From assembly GCA_965113315.1 (NCBI GenBank), contig OZ220369.1: a DNA stretch of 64,000 nt; one strand, written 5' to 3'. Below, one piece after another: positions 11,543-22,420 of the stretch; the stretch's first letter is position 1, and the number at the start of each line of letters is the position of its first letter. Below the pieces are notes generated by a model. That model searched no databases and was not told the origin of the DNA. It saw only the letters and a list, made by a program, of their open reading frames with translations. Made by a program: the position numbers and the translations under genes. Source of the DNA: Podarcis vaucheri. Taxonomy: Eukaryota.

Positions 11543-14477
11543 AGAGTGCTTGTTTGGGGGGGGCGCTCACTGACACCTTTGGCAGGGAAGAGACTGGCAT
11601 TTGCTCAGGGTACGGAGACATCCATGTGGTTGTCCTGAAACCATTTAGGATGGTGGGGAGACAAATTGCAAATGCTTCTGAAGATCTTCATGCTCTCCCC
11701 CACATTCCTGTGCCCCCCTCTGCTGCAGGGCTTTCCTGAGGGAGGGGCTTTCCTGCACTCCCTTTCCTCGCTCCGTTATCGCCCAGAGCTGCAAGCCCTC
11801 TTGCCCCAGCCTTTCCTGCGGAATGGGCTTTTTCACACTGAGTCCCATGGGGCTTTTCTCCATGTGATGCAGATCCCAAGTACAATGAAGCTTAACAAAA
11901 GCTTGTGCCAAAGTGAATGGCTGCCTTTATCCGTTTATGCTTTTATTTGTGCTTGGTTGGATTTCGGCCCGCAGTTCCCCCGGTTTCCCAGCTCCCAGCT
12001 TGCCAAGGCTGAAATTTGGGACTTTGGTGTGTTACAAAGAACAAGGAGGGTGAGCTTGACGTGACCTCGGATGTGCTTCCTTCCCCTTGTTCTCGCTGTA
12101 GTCCTGGAGTCACTGTTTCATTTGCAGGCCAGCGGATTTGCAGGCGAATGTGGCAGCCTCCAGGGACAATGTGGGTGTGGGAGAGCACTTTTAGGGACTG
12201 GGCAGCCCTGGGGTGAGGCAGGCAACTTATTCAGATGTGCGAGCTGGTGCCATGGGAGAGGCAAGCTCCTCTGCTACCCCTCCTTTTAGTTTGTGTACAC
12301 TCTAGACTCAGGGAAAACATTCGGGTAGTCAGAGGTTATGAATTGGACTTTAGAAAATATCGAATGAATAAAAGGTGCACGTTGGGTCATCAAAATTCCT
12401 AACCTCTCCTATGTGGTCTGAACTGGAGGGGACTAATCGGGAAGATCTTGGGGTTGTGATGGATGGCTCATTGAGAATGGTGTTGGCGCATCTGGGCATA
12501 TCCCATTTTGTTTCAGTGGGGCTTGCATGGGATAAATTCCCCAGTGGATGGTGGCTTCTAATGATGGCTGCTGCTGCTGCTGCTTTGGGGCCTTGCCAGC
12601 ATTTGTGTTAAGCCACAATAGCTTAAATAAGTGTGGGGAGAAGGGAGGGACTTTCCTGCTTTCGGGCAATGTCAGTTCCAGATTGAACAGAAGCCGGATG
12701 GGGACTGTGAAATTTTCTGGTTCAGAGACCAAGGGGCAAAGTTCACCATCCCTTTCCCCCACTGAAAAGGGGGCTAGTTAAGTTGTCACTGGAAGATTGA
12801 TTGGTTTCTCTTGGAAATGGGGAAGAGGGCTCAAGCTTAGTCTTCACATTGCACTCTTTTTTTTTTTTGGTGAGGGTCTGCCAAATAGGGGAGATCTTGT
12901 TCTTGACCAGGTTTCTTCTTTCTCTGATGGTTGAACAAAAAGAAAATTAAGTAGAGGGGCCCTTTGAGGCGACAGAGAGAGAGAGAGCTTGCTGCCTGCC
13001 CTTGCAGAAGGGGAGTTGCGTTCAGGGCCCAGGCCGCCTTCCTATGAGTCCCAGTGGGGCTGAGCGGCTTGGGGTCTTAGATTTCCCTACAGTTGGGAGC
13101 ATCAAGTGTTCTGTTAGGCACTGGCCACTAGGGGGCCTCAGAGTCTGCAGCAGCCTCTTCATTTTCTCTTGCCTGGTCCCCTGCTATTCAGAAACCTGTG
13201 CGGAAGAGCTTCTGGTAGCACGGTACTATTTGCACTTGGCAGGTTGTGTTCCACTGGTTCATCCATCAGCTCAGGGGCAGTTGATCTGAACATTAAGCTG
13301 GAGGACATTCTTCGATCTGTGTTTGTCACCTAGATGCCCAGGTGACTTCTGTGGCCAGGATGGCCTTGCCACTATGGCCCATGCATTGCTAACCTCGGGA
13401 CTTGATCGCTGTAACACACATTGTGTGGGGCTGCCTTGTAGCTGCTCTGGAAGCTGCAACTAGTGCAGAATAATAATAATAATTTTATTATTTCTACTTG
13501 CCCATCCGGCTGGGTTGCCCAGAATGAGGCGGCAAAGCTGCTCACAGGAGCAGATTTACTGGCAGCATGTTACTCGGTCCTGAGAGAGCTGCGCTGGTTG
13601 CCAATTCAGGGTTCTTGTGTTAGCCGTAAACAACCTGGACCAAAAGTAACTCAAGGACTTGCCTGGTCTGTTGCTCTCCACTTCCATCACTGAGATCCTG
13701 TAATGGGGTGTTTCTGGTGGGCTTGGCTGGCTTGTGGAACTCACTGCCAATAGAGGGCTCGGCAAAAACAATCCCTGCCCTCTTGTAGTCATCTTCTGAA
13801 AACTGTGTTATTTAGACAGGCTTTTGAAACTTGAATTCTTTTTTTCTCTAGCCAGTATTTATTGATTCTGTTGATGTTTCTGTTGATTTTATTGCCATGT
13901 TTTTGTGTGTCTATAAATACTTAAACAAATCGACATGCTAGGAGTTGGGGAACTGAGCCACGTGGCATCGGATTGGGGCAGCAGCAGCACCACCTTTTCC
14001 TGTTCTTTCTGGAGGAGGATCTGGAGCTCCCCCCACTGGCTTTCCTGTGGTTGGGGCTAACTCACAAGTTGCATCATCACCCTGCCTATCCCAAGTATAA
14101 GGAGGCCTCTATCCTTTGAGATACTGCCCTCTGCGGATGGTAGGAAGTGAGGGGGAAGCAGCAGCAGCAGCTCCTTTTTCGTGAAGGGAAGATGCTTCTC
14201 AGTTGCTGTCGAATGTGTCACGTCTGCCTGAGCGCTGGAGGTCTGCCAGAGGCCAGCTTCATTTCCTTTAGCTCCAGTTATCTTTGCCAGCTCTGCTCCC
14301 TTGACCGTGCGCCTCTTCAGAAGGCAGCAGAGAGGCGAGGGAAGCAAGGCAGAGAGCTCAGGGTGACTCCTTTGGTAACCAGAAACCTGCCCACCAGTGG
14401 TGGCGGTGGGACGAGTGGATGGGATGTGACAGCAGTGTCAGGCAGATGTTTCTGCTCAGGATGCTGACTTTTGGACT

Positions 14478-14483
<6 letters not shown>

Positions 14484-14527
<44 letters not shown>
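14484..14527. repeat. Compound (TG)n(AG)n microsatellite
   Basis: Direct reading. Confidence 0.95.
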
Positions 14528-16968
14528 CGCGCGCCCTTTGTTGGTGAGCAGCAGAGGATAGCTTTGCACAAAAGTAGGTTCCAAGAGGAAGCAAGAGCAC
14601 CAATGAATAGTGCTAAATAATTGCTGTGTGTAGATTCTGTGTGAAATGGTGTTCCTGGGATCTCAGGAGGCTAATATCAAGCCGTGAGATTCTCTTTTCG
14701 ATGTTGTGGCAAAGTTATCTCCTCAATAAGGCATTCCCACTGCCCCCGCATAAGCTATGTGCACGTACTGCAAAGCTGCCTTCATTTTATGGAAAGAAGT
14801 GACCCATTTATGCAATGCTCGTAATGCACCTGTATCGTGTAGCTCTGATGCTAGGGGTGCGGAAGGACCAGGGCAGGCACAGGGTGCTGAAGCCCTGGAG
14901 GCTACAGGAATTCTGGCTCAAAGTCCAGACCCAACATTGCCCCCTTTTGCAGCAGTGGGTATGAGAGGTTTTCAGGGAGCCGATTCCAACACGCGGCACC
15001 AGTTCCTGCACTGGTGATCCTGGGACAGATATGCAATTCCCCACAGACCACTTTCCAGCCTTGGTGGCATTTTGTGTTACCATCCTTAAAGAGGCAGCAG
15101 GATGCACTCCCGAGGTGCTGAGGCCTGGCACTCTTGAGTATTCGAGTCTTGGGAGGAGGAGTGTGTGTTGTGTGCTTTCATGCACTGCCTCTTCAGCAAG
15201 ACTGGGGCAGCTTGCACATGAGCCAGTGGAGCGAACATCAGATTGGTTCAACTGGAACATGAGGCACATTAACTTGACCTAGATCTGGTTAGCAGAGGAA
15301 GTCTCATAGACATGCATTGGGGGAAGGCAGTAGCAGCAGCAGCAGCAACAGCAGCAGCAGGATTTTCATTACTAGAAAACGCCTCCTTGAAATGCTTTTG
15401 CTCTCCACTCAGCAAAGCTAGTGTCATGTGGAAGGCTGAGCTGTGTTTTTTCCACTTTCCGTCACTCTCAGCCATTCCGCAGTGGTAGTAAACATATTAG
15501 ATGCAAAATCCCAAAACCTCCTAGCAGTGCTGTTTCCTAATCGTTGTGGTTATGGACAAATACATGAAAACATGTCAAAAAAGCTCAGCTTTATACTGTG
15601 ATACACATGCATTCTTTGCCATTCCCAATAAGGCTGTTGCTCCTTCCACCCTCCCCCTTTGGTGTGTCTCTGCTCTCATCTTTTCCATAAGGCACATCTG
15701 ACCAGATCCAGTATCTGAGAAGAAATAAAAACAGATTTCCAGATTACGTAGAACTTGGGCAAAAGCTGCAGCGACCTGTGCAAACCAGATTAATATTTGA
15801 ACGGATGCATGCTATTATTTCCCCCCACCTTCGGAGAATAGGAGCATCTCTCGCTGCCGGTTTTATCTAGGGCTTTTCTTTCTTTGAGCCTAAATCCTAA
15901 AAAAGTAATCTCACCTTCCCATTTTTAAAAATAATCTCTGCCAGCTGATCTGGTGGCTCTTAATGCTGGGGGCGGGTGGCTGTGCTTCTGGGCTGCACCC
16001 CTTCCCCCACCAGGAAGCCCCCCTCCACGCTCTGCCTTGTCCATGGGGGAGGGGAAGGGCCTCTGTGGCCTCAGCCCTTTCATGTCCAATAATGGGAGCT
16101 TAAAGAGCTGCTGCCTCGGCTGCTTCTGCTTCTGCTGCTCTCAGATGATGGGACCCAGCTGATGCGCCTTTCTGGCACCTGGCCTGTTGCCGTGGCAACG
16201 TTAGGCATTTGTGTTCCTGCAGGATATTGCTTTTCTTACACCCTTCCAGTTTCATTCTTTCGCTCGCACAAAAGAGAGGGAGAGAGAGAGAGAGAGAAGC
16301 TGCCTGCTGGAGGCTTGCTTAGTGGAAAGATGCATCACGCATGCAAAACACTCTCCCTCCCCCTCCCCGCCATCCTGGTTGAGCTCCTCTTGGTAGGATG
16401 CACCATTTCAGTTCATTCAAAGGCAGCCTTGCATGTGGAAACCGCCAGGCTGAATAGGGTCCAGGGGGGTCCAGCTAACTTCACAAGGCAAGGCAGTGCA
16501 CATCAAAAATGGATATGCGCAAACTCGTTTGCTCGTTCCTCTTCCAGGGCAGCAGTGGCCAAGATGTGGTGCTTTCCCCTGACAGCCTCCTGGTGCTGCA
16601 GCTGCTTGCTGCTCAATGCCATTCCCAGGTGGTTCCACATTGTCTATATAGGTTCAGCAGTAGGGTGTGATGGGACACTGGCCATTGCTGAGGAGAGGTA
16701 GTAGGGGGAGGCCTCTTGCCTTCATGTAGGTGCTGGGCCTTGGCCAGAGCAGAAAACTTCACGCTGCTCCTGTGGAGCCTTCCTTCCTTCCTTGCTTGCA
16801 GAGAGTGCTCAAAGTTCATGATCAGGGGCTACCATATACCAAACGCTCTTCCTCTTCCAAGGCCAGGCTGTGTGGCGGAATAACTGAGCCTCACTTGTCC
16901 CAACCCAGGGGAAGGATCAGGTGAGGAGACCCTGGGCAAGAAGCAGAGCTCACCCACTGAGGTCACCT

Positions 16969-17266
16969 TCACACCATACATTTAAAGCACTGCAAATAGT
17001 CAGTGACTTCCCCCAAGTAATTCTGGGAACTGCCGTTGGCTATGGGTGCAGAGAGTTGCAGAGAGTTATTCCTCTCACAGAGCTACCATGTCCCAAGCTC
17101 CCTTTGAAGAGGCATTGACTGTTAAACCACTTGGAGGATTTTATAGCTCTAATGATGCTCCCCTAACAACTCTCAGCACCTTTAACAAACTGCAACTCCC
17201 AGAGTTCTTTGGGGGAAGTAATGACTGTTCAAAGTGGTATTAAAGTGCTTCAAATGTGTGGTGTGA
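16969..17266. mobile_element. Palindromic MITE (TCACACCATACATTTAAAGCAC-ended family); related copy at about 23062-23215
   Basis: Left end tcacaccatacatttaaagcac pairs with right end gtgcttcaaatgtgtggtgtga; inner arms also complementary. Confidence 0.7.
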
Positions 17267-17875
17267 TTAGGGAAGGTGGGTTAGAGTGGACACATTGCAA
17301 AAGTGAGAGGCCTATACTGAGTCACCAGAATAAAACCATGTGTGCTGCCTCTGTTTTGGCAGTGGAGCACAATGCCTTCCTGGGCTCCTGTGGGCAGATT
17401 GTGCTACCGGTGCAGTGGTGGTGATGCCACGGCCGCGAAGCAAGTTCATGATACTTGTGGCAGCTTGACAGGTGGTTGAGCGACATGCTAAAACATGCAA
17501 CATGGCACAATGCAGGACAGATGGCAAGCTTGGTGCTGTACACATGCCTGGTTTGGTGCTTTGTTTTTTTTTTTCCTTTAGTGGACCTTGGGCAGGGGCT
17601 GAAGCTGGTGAAAGGCCCCAGGCCCAGCCTCTGGCACTTGGGGGCATCTTTGCCCAAGACCGTGAAAATCCTGTTGCCAGTCAGAGCAGACAACACTGTG
17701 GGCCTAATGCTTCATGTATCAGGCAGCATCATAGTAGGGGCAAGGGCAGTCTTCCCAGCCAGGGGCCCTCCAGATTTTTTTTCTACAACTCCCATCCGCC
17801 CCAGACAGCACAGCCGTGGGGCTAATAGGAGTTGTGGTCCAAAACACCTGGAAGGCACCCAAGTTGGCAGAGGCT

Positions 17876-18070
17876 GGGTTAGAGTGTGGGATTAGGACTG
17901 AGAAGATCCAGATTCAAATTCTCAGTCAGCCATGAAACTGGCCTTGGGGTCAGTCACTATAGCTCTCGGGCCAGCCTACTGCTCAGGGTGGTTGTGAAGA
18001 TAAAATTAGTGGTGAGAACTATGGAGGCTACCCAGAGCTCCTTGGAGGAAAAATGGAGGGGTAATAAATA
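17876..18070 (+). mobile_element. MIR-like CORE SINE remnant
   Basis: ggttagagtg...ttcaaattc head, cagggtggttgtgaagataaaa core, AT-rich tail. Confidence 0.55.
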
Positions 18071-19021
18071 TATTTCCTTTTTCTTTCTTCATTTTTGCAT
18101 GCTCACCTTACCTGATCCCATTGACTGGGGGTGTTGGCTTGACAGGTAATCATCTCTTGGAAAAGCATTCCTGGTGAGGATAAGGGTGATGAAAACAGGT
18201 CCTTATCCTCCCGAAAGCCTCAATTCCTGCTGACAATGGCAACAGTAACTTGCCATGCCCACGACAACCTCTAAAATGCCTATGCAGAGGACCCTCTGCA
18301 CTGAGTCCTCATCATGGAGCCAGTGAAGAAATTTCCCTTTGGATGTTTGAATTTGCTCTTAGTTCAGAACTAGATTTGCTGGGATGTCCTGCTTATGCTC
18401 CGAGTGACATCCCTACACCACCTTCCCTTGCCCAAGGCACTTAAGAGGAAAGTGAGACCTTCCATCATTGCGTCGCAAGTTTCCCCACCATCATAAATGG
18501 TGGCCGGTAAGGGACATTTGTGTGTGTGTGTGTGGATAGACATGCAGCATGGAAGTATTATACTGCACAGTTTGGCTATCTAGAAATTATGGGATGCAGG
18601 GCAGGAGATGTGGGAGCTGCACCATCAAGCTTGTCCATATTCTTTCAAGTGCAGGGATGGAAGTGAGTTCATAAGTCTCATAGAAATCAGAAGATCAATC
18701 AGGGATTGAATGTCAGATCATAAGGGCAAGGCAGAACCTGTTCAAAAGACAACATGCCTGCCTGCTTGCCAGTTTGACCTTTGTGGTTGCCATGGGCTAG
18801 TTTTACTAGAAGCCGTCATTGTGTTTGGGGTGTACCTATTGCAGGTTAATAACAGCTGGGTATCGCTTGGCTTCCACACTCCTACCTCAAATCCTGTATT
18901 TGGCTTAAGCTCCATTCATTTGATTTAAACACTTTCCCATTATTTTAAATCCATGCATTTCAATAGCGCACACTATAGCTATGACTGATAAAACATTAGT
19001 TTGCAATGGAGTATTCCATAT

Positions 19022-19185
19022 TCAGGATCGTTAAGAAAGGAACTGAAAATAAAACTGCCAATATTAAAGTGGCCTTGTACAAACCTTTAGAGCCTCTGCA
19101 TTTGGAATACTGGTTTCAGTTCTGGTTACCATATCTCAAAAATGGATATTGTGGAGCTGGGGAAAGTGCACAGGAAAAGAGCACA
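19022..19185 (+). mobile_element. CR1 ORF2 fragment just upstream of exon 13
   Basis: Encodes KKGTENKTANIKVALYKPLEPLHLEYWFQFWLPYLK, a decayed CR1 LYKxLVRPHLEYCVQFWSP motif. Confidence 0.8.
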
Positions 19186-19253
19186 GGGAGTCCTTGTCTT
19201 CTCTGCCTGCCTTGTCAGCCACCCCTTGATCTCCTTTTATTCCTTGATTCCAG

Positions 19254-19410
19254 GTTATCCTCAAGGACCTTGAAGTCTTGGCCGAGATTGCATCCTCTCC
19301 AGCAGGTCAGACAGAAGGACAAGGGGCACCTGACGGCCCCAGTTTACGACCTGGGCAACTGGAACTGCACATTCCTGCTCCAACTAAACCTTCCCAAGTT
19401 GGCTCCTCTG
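19254..19410 (+). CDS. VAC14: VAC14 exon 13 equivalent, [52 protein letters not shown]
   Basis: ttccag|GTT acceptor, G|gtaagt donor, 157 nt. Confidence 0.96.
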
Positions 19411-21745
19411 GTAAGTGCTCCTGTCTCTGGCAAAGATCTCACACGCTCTGAGCAGCCTCTGGATATTTTTTTCTCCTGGTGCAAAGTGGCACGGGGCAGC
19501 TTTAGACAGGCGAAGGCAAGTGATTCCCTGGCAGAATTGGCACCAGTATTTGAGGGGAATGTGTTTGCCACAGAGGAGGGCCGCAGAGTGTGGTTCCAGC
19601 TACAGCTGGAGCCTGAAGACTTCTGTGCAGCTTCTGCTTGTAGTAACGGCTGGTGGGTGGGAAGAGCGAACGGAAGCATTTGTGTTGATAATTATACACC
19701 TCCAGACTGATGCAGAAGGAGGGTGGGAGGTGAGAAGAGAAGCAACAGTTATGACACCAACAAGGAGGCAGTTTGGGAATCAAAAATGTTTTGCTGTGTC
19801 CCTGCCTTGAGTCCTCATGCCTGCAGAGTAGAACTGAGCCAGGTAAGAGCTTAGAAGAAGTTTGAGGGTGAGACCTAGACTCCATTTCCTGCTCTTCCCT
19901 ATTGCTGGCCAGTCTCCTTCATCCCATCCCATTCCTCTGCTTTTGAAATGCTGTGCCTGTGCCCTTCTGTCGTAGGGACAGACTGCAGGGCAGCCCCTCT
20001 GGAGCAAGCCATAGCAATTCATCAGGCTGGTCTTCAATAGAGTTTGTGTCAATGGGAAAGGAAACAATGGCTAAAGTTTTAACAGGGAATCTATATTTCC
20101 ACGCAAATCAATCCCAAAGCTTTTAAGGGATGTACATTATAGTTGCGCAGTGTGCCTAATTTCTGCCATTTGTGAATAGTGGGAGTCCTTGCCTTTGCCG
20201 AGGACTGCTTCTGATTTTGTCTTAGGGCAAGTGAGGTTTTATGAATGGGGACATCTCAGAGCACAGGCACCCTTTTCAGCCCAGATGGGTGAAACTTGAT
20301 GAATGTTAGCATTAATCAACATACATAGCAACAAAGCCGCTATACAGAGGGGTGAAGGTAATAGAGGGGAAAGACAAATGAGGATAGAGAGAGAGCGCGC
20401 ACACACACAAGTGAACAGCCAACCACAGTGCTGGAGGACTGTGGCATTTGGAACACAGGTCAAAAGCACTGAAACAGCGCCACCTCCCCTGGGTTTCCAG
20501 GCCCAGCTCAAAGGGCTGGAAGGGCTTTTTCATTATCAGGGACTGGCTGCCAACTCTTCCAAGTCATCAGGGGAGGCCCTCCAGGTCCACCCCTCCCCCC
20601 ATGGAGCTTAAGGATCAATGCCTCCACTTTCCATGTGCCAGACTGCACTGTCTTCCTCTTCGCTGTCCACCTTGCAAGAATAGTTAACAATCTTTAAGTA
20701 GTTTTCTTCATCCAGGTCAATTAATTTGGGCTCTTATGTGTGTGAGAGTGCTGTATTAATCTGCTTATCCTTTGCACTGTTTCCCACGCCACCCCCCAAA
20801 AAACAAACACCTTTTTACTGTCGTGCTAAACTGCTGTTTCTTACTTTAGTTACTTTTGTCTTTTTTGGATTGTAATAATGTTGAATTTATTTGTGATGTT
20901 TCTTATGGTAATGTGAGACATAGCAAAGGCTTGGTGACTTGTTTGGTTGCCTTTGAACACAAGGAACTTGGACAGGGGATTGGGTACCTGTTGGTTCTGC
21001 TGATTTTACAGGGGCTTCCATTATCATTGGCCATGGGCTGTCATTCTGGAGAGCTTTGCACCCCTTTTCAATGGTTCTCCTTAGAGGAGCAGTTTCAATA
21101 CGCTCACATCTGATGCACATTTGGCAGAAACCCCAAGCAGGGGCTTCTTGGTGGCTGCTTCCAGTCTCTGGGACTCATTGCCAAGGGGGACGAGCTTGCC
21201 CAATTTTTGACCACACACTAGTTGGCAAAAACATTTTTATTTAGACAGATAAGCTGACTTTAGAATATGTTGAAATTGGTTTTTTTCTGTTGGTTTTGAT
21301 TTTATTGATTTATCTGCCTTATTTTTCTGTTCTTCCTCACTCTGTATTTTATTGCTGTTTCATTATATCTTGTTGTACTTGTGTTGTTGCATTTAGCAAC
21401 CTGGAGACCATTTGGTGGAAAGGTGGGAAATAAATTTAAAGATCAAAGACACAAGAACGTATCAAAATGTGTATTTGGGTAGGTAACATGGCACCGGTGG
21501 AGGCTGGTTTCTTCGAAGAAATGACAACTCACTTAGGATTTCCTTATTGGTAGAATACCTAGTTGACTCTTCTTATCTCTCTTCAATCTGTGGCCAATTC
21601 TGTAGCATCAAATGTGGCCCACAGAAAGAAGTGGTTGCCCAACTGGGAGTTCATTTTGGGTGGTTCCCGCTCCTGCCTTGCCAGTGTATCCTTCCAAGGT
21701 TCCAAGTTCTTCAAATACCATCTTGGTGGAGACTAAAGGCAGTGT

Positions 21746-22160
21746 GAGAACATCAGATGAAACCTGAAGTTGCAACTGGATCAGGCCAAAGGTCTTGCAT
21801 CTTGTTCTACACCGGCCAAACAGTTCTCATAATGGGAACCCTGTTGCTGTTGCCAAATCTGCCCAGTAACACAAATAAGAGAGTAACAAGATGCCTGCAG
21901 GTGCATCGTGGTGAATGAGTTGTCTCTGCTGACTCATGAAGAATTATTAACCCATTAACTGCATTCCTTAACAAACCCAGCATGCGGGACCAGAGTGCAG
22001 CAGCAACACTCTCCCCACCTGTGATTCCCAGCAACTGGCATTCCCAGACATACTGCCTCCAATAGTGGAGGGGCAACATAGCCATAATGGCTAGTAGCCC
22101 TCTCCTCCATGAATTTTTTCTAAAGCTGTCCAAGTCTGCTTTTGTGGGAGCAAATGCCAT
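21746..22160 (-). mobile_element. CR1 3' end, interrupted by about 150 nt of unrelated sequence (21826-21975)
   Basis: ctggatcaggccaaagg terminus and gattcccagcaactggcattc...ctccatgaatt body. Confidence 0.6.
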
Positions 22161-22287
22161 GCTAGTTCTGCTTCAGCAAGACTTGTTCTTCTCTATGCTT
22201 GGTAATTCTATCTTTAACTATGCTTCCCACCAGCTTTCCTGGAACAGATGTTAAGCTAATGAGCCTGTAATGTCTCAAATCCTTTCA

Positions 22288-22420
22288 AGATGCCCTTTTA
22301 AAAACTGGTATTATATTGGCCCCTTTCCAGTCCTCAAATATGGAGGCTGATCTTCAGGGTGAGTTACGTACTTTTGTTAGAAGATCAGCATTTTCACACT
22401 TGAGTTCTTTGCGAACTCTT
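22288..22420 (-). mobile_element. CR1 ORF2 fragment (pre-RT region)
   Basis: Minus strand reads RVRKELKCENADLLTK...EDWKGANIIPVFK, typical of CR1 EDWKxANVxPIFKKG. Confidence 0.75.

Noticed and set aside
19006-19710. 234-aa ORF
   Set aside because: Composite of a decayed CR1 fragment, exon 13 read out of frame and intron sequence.
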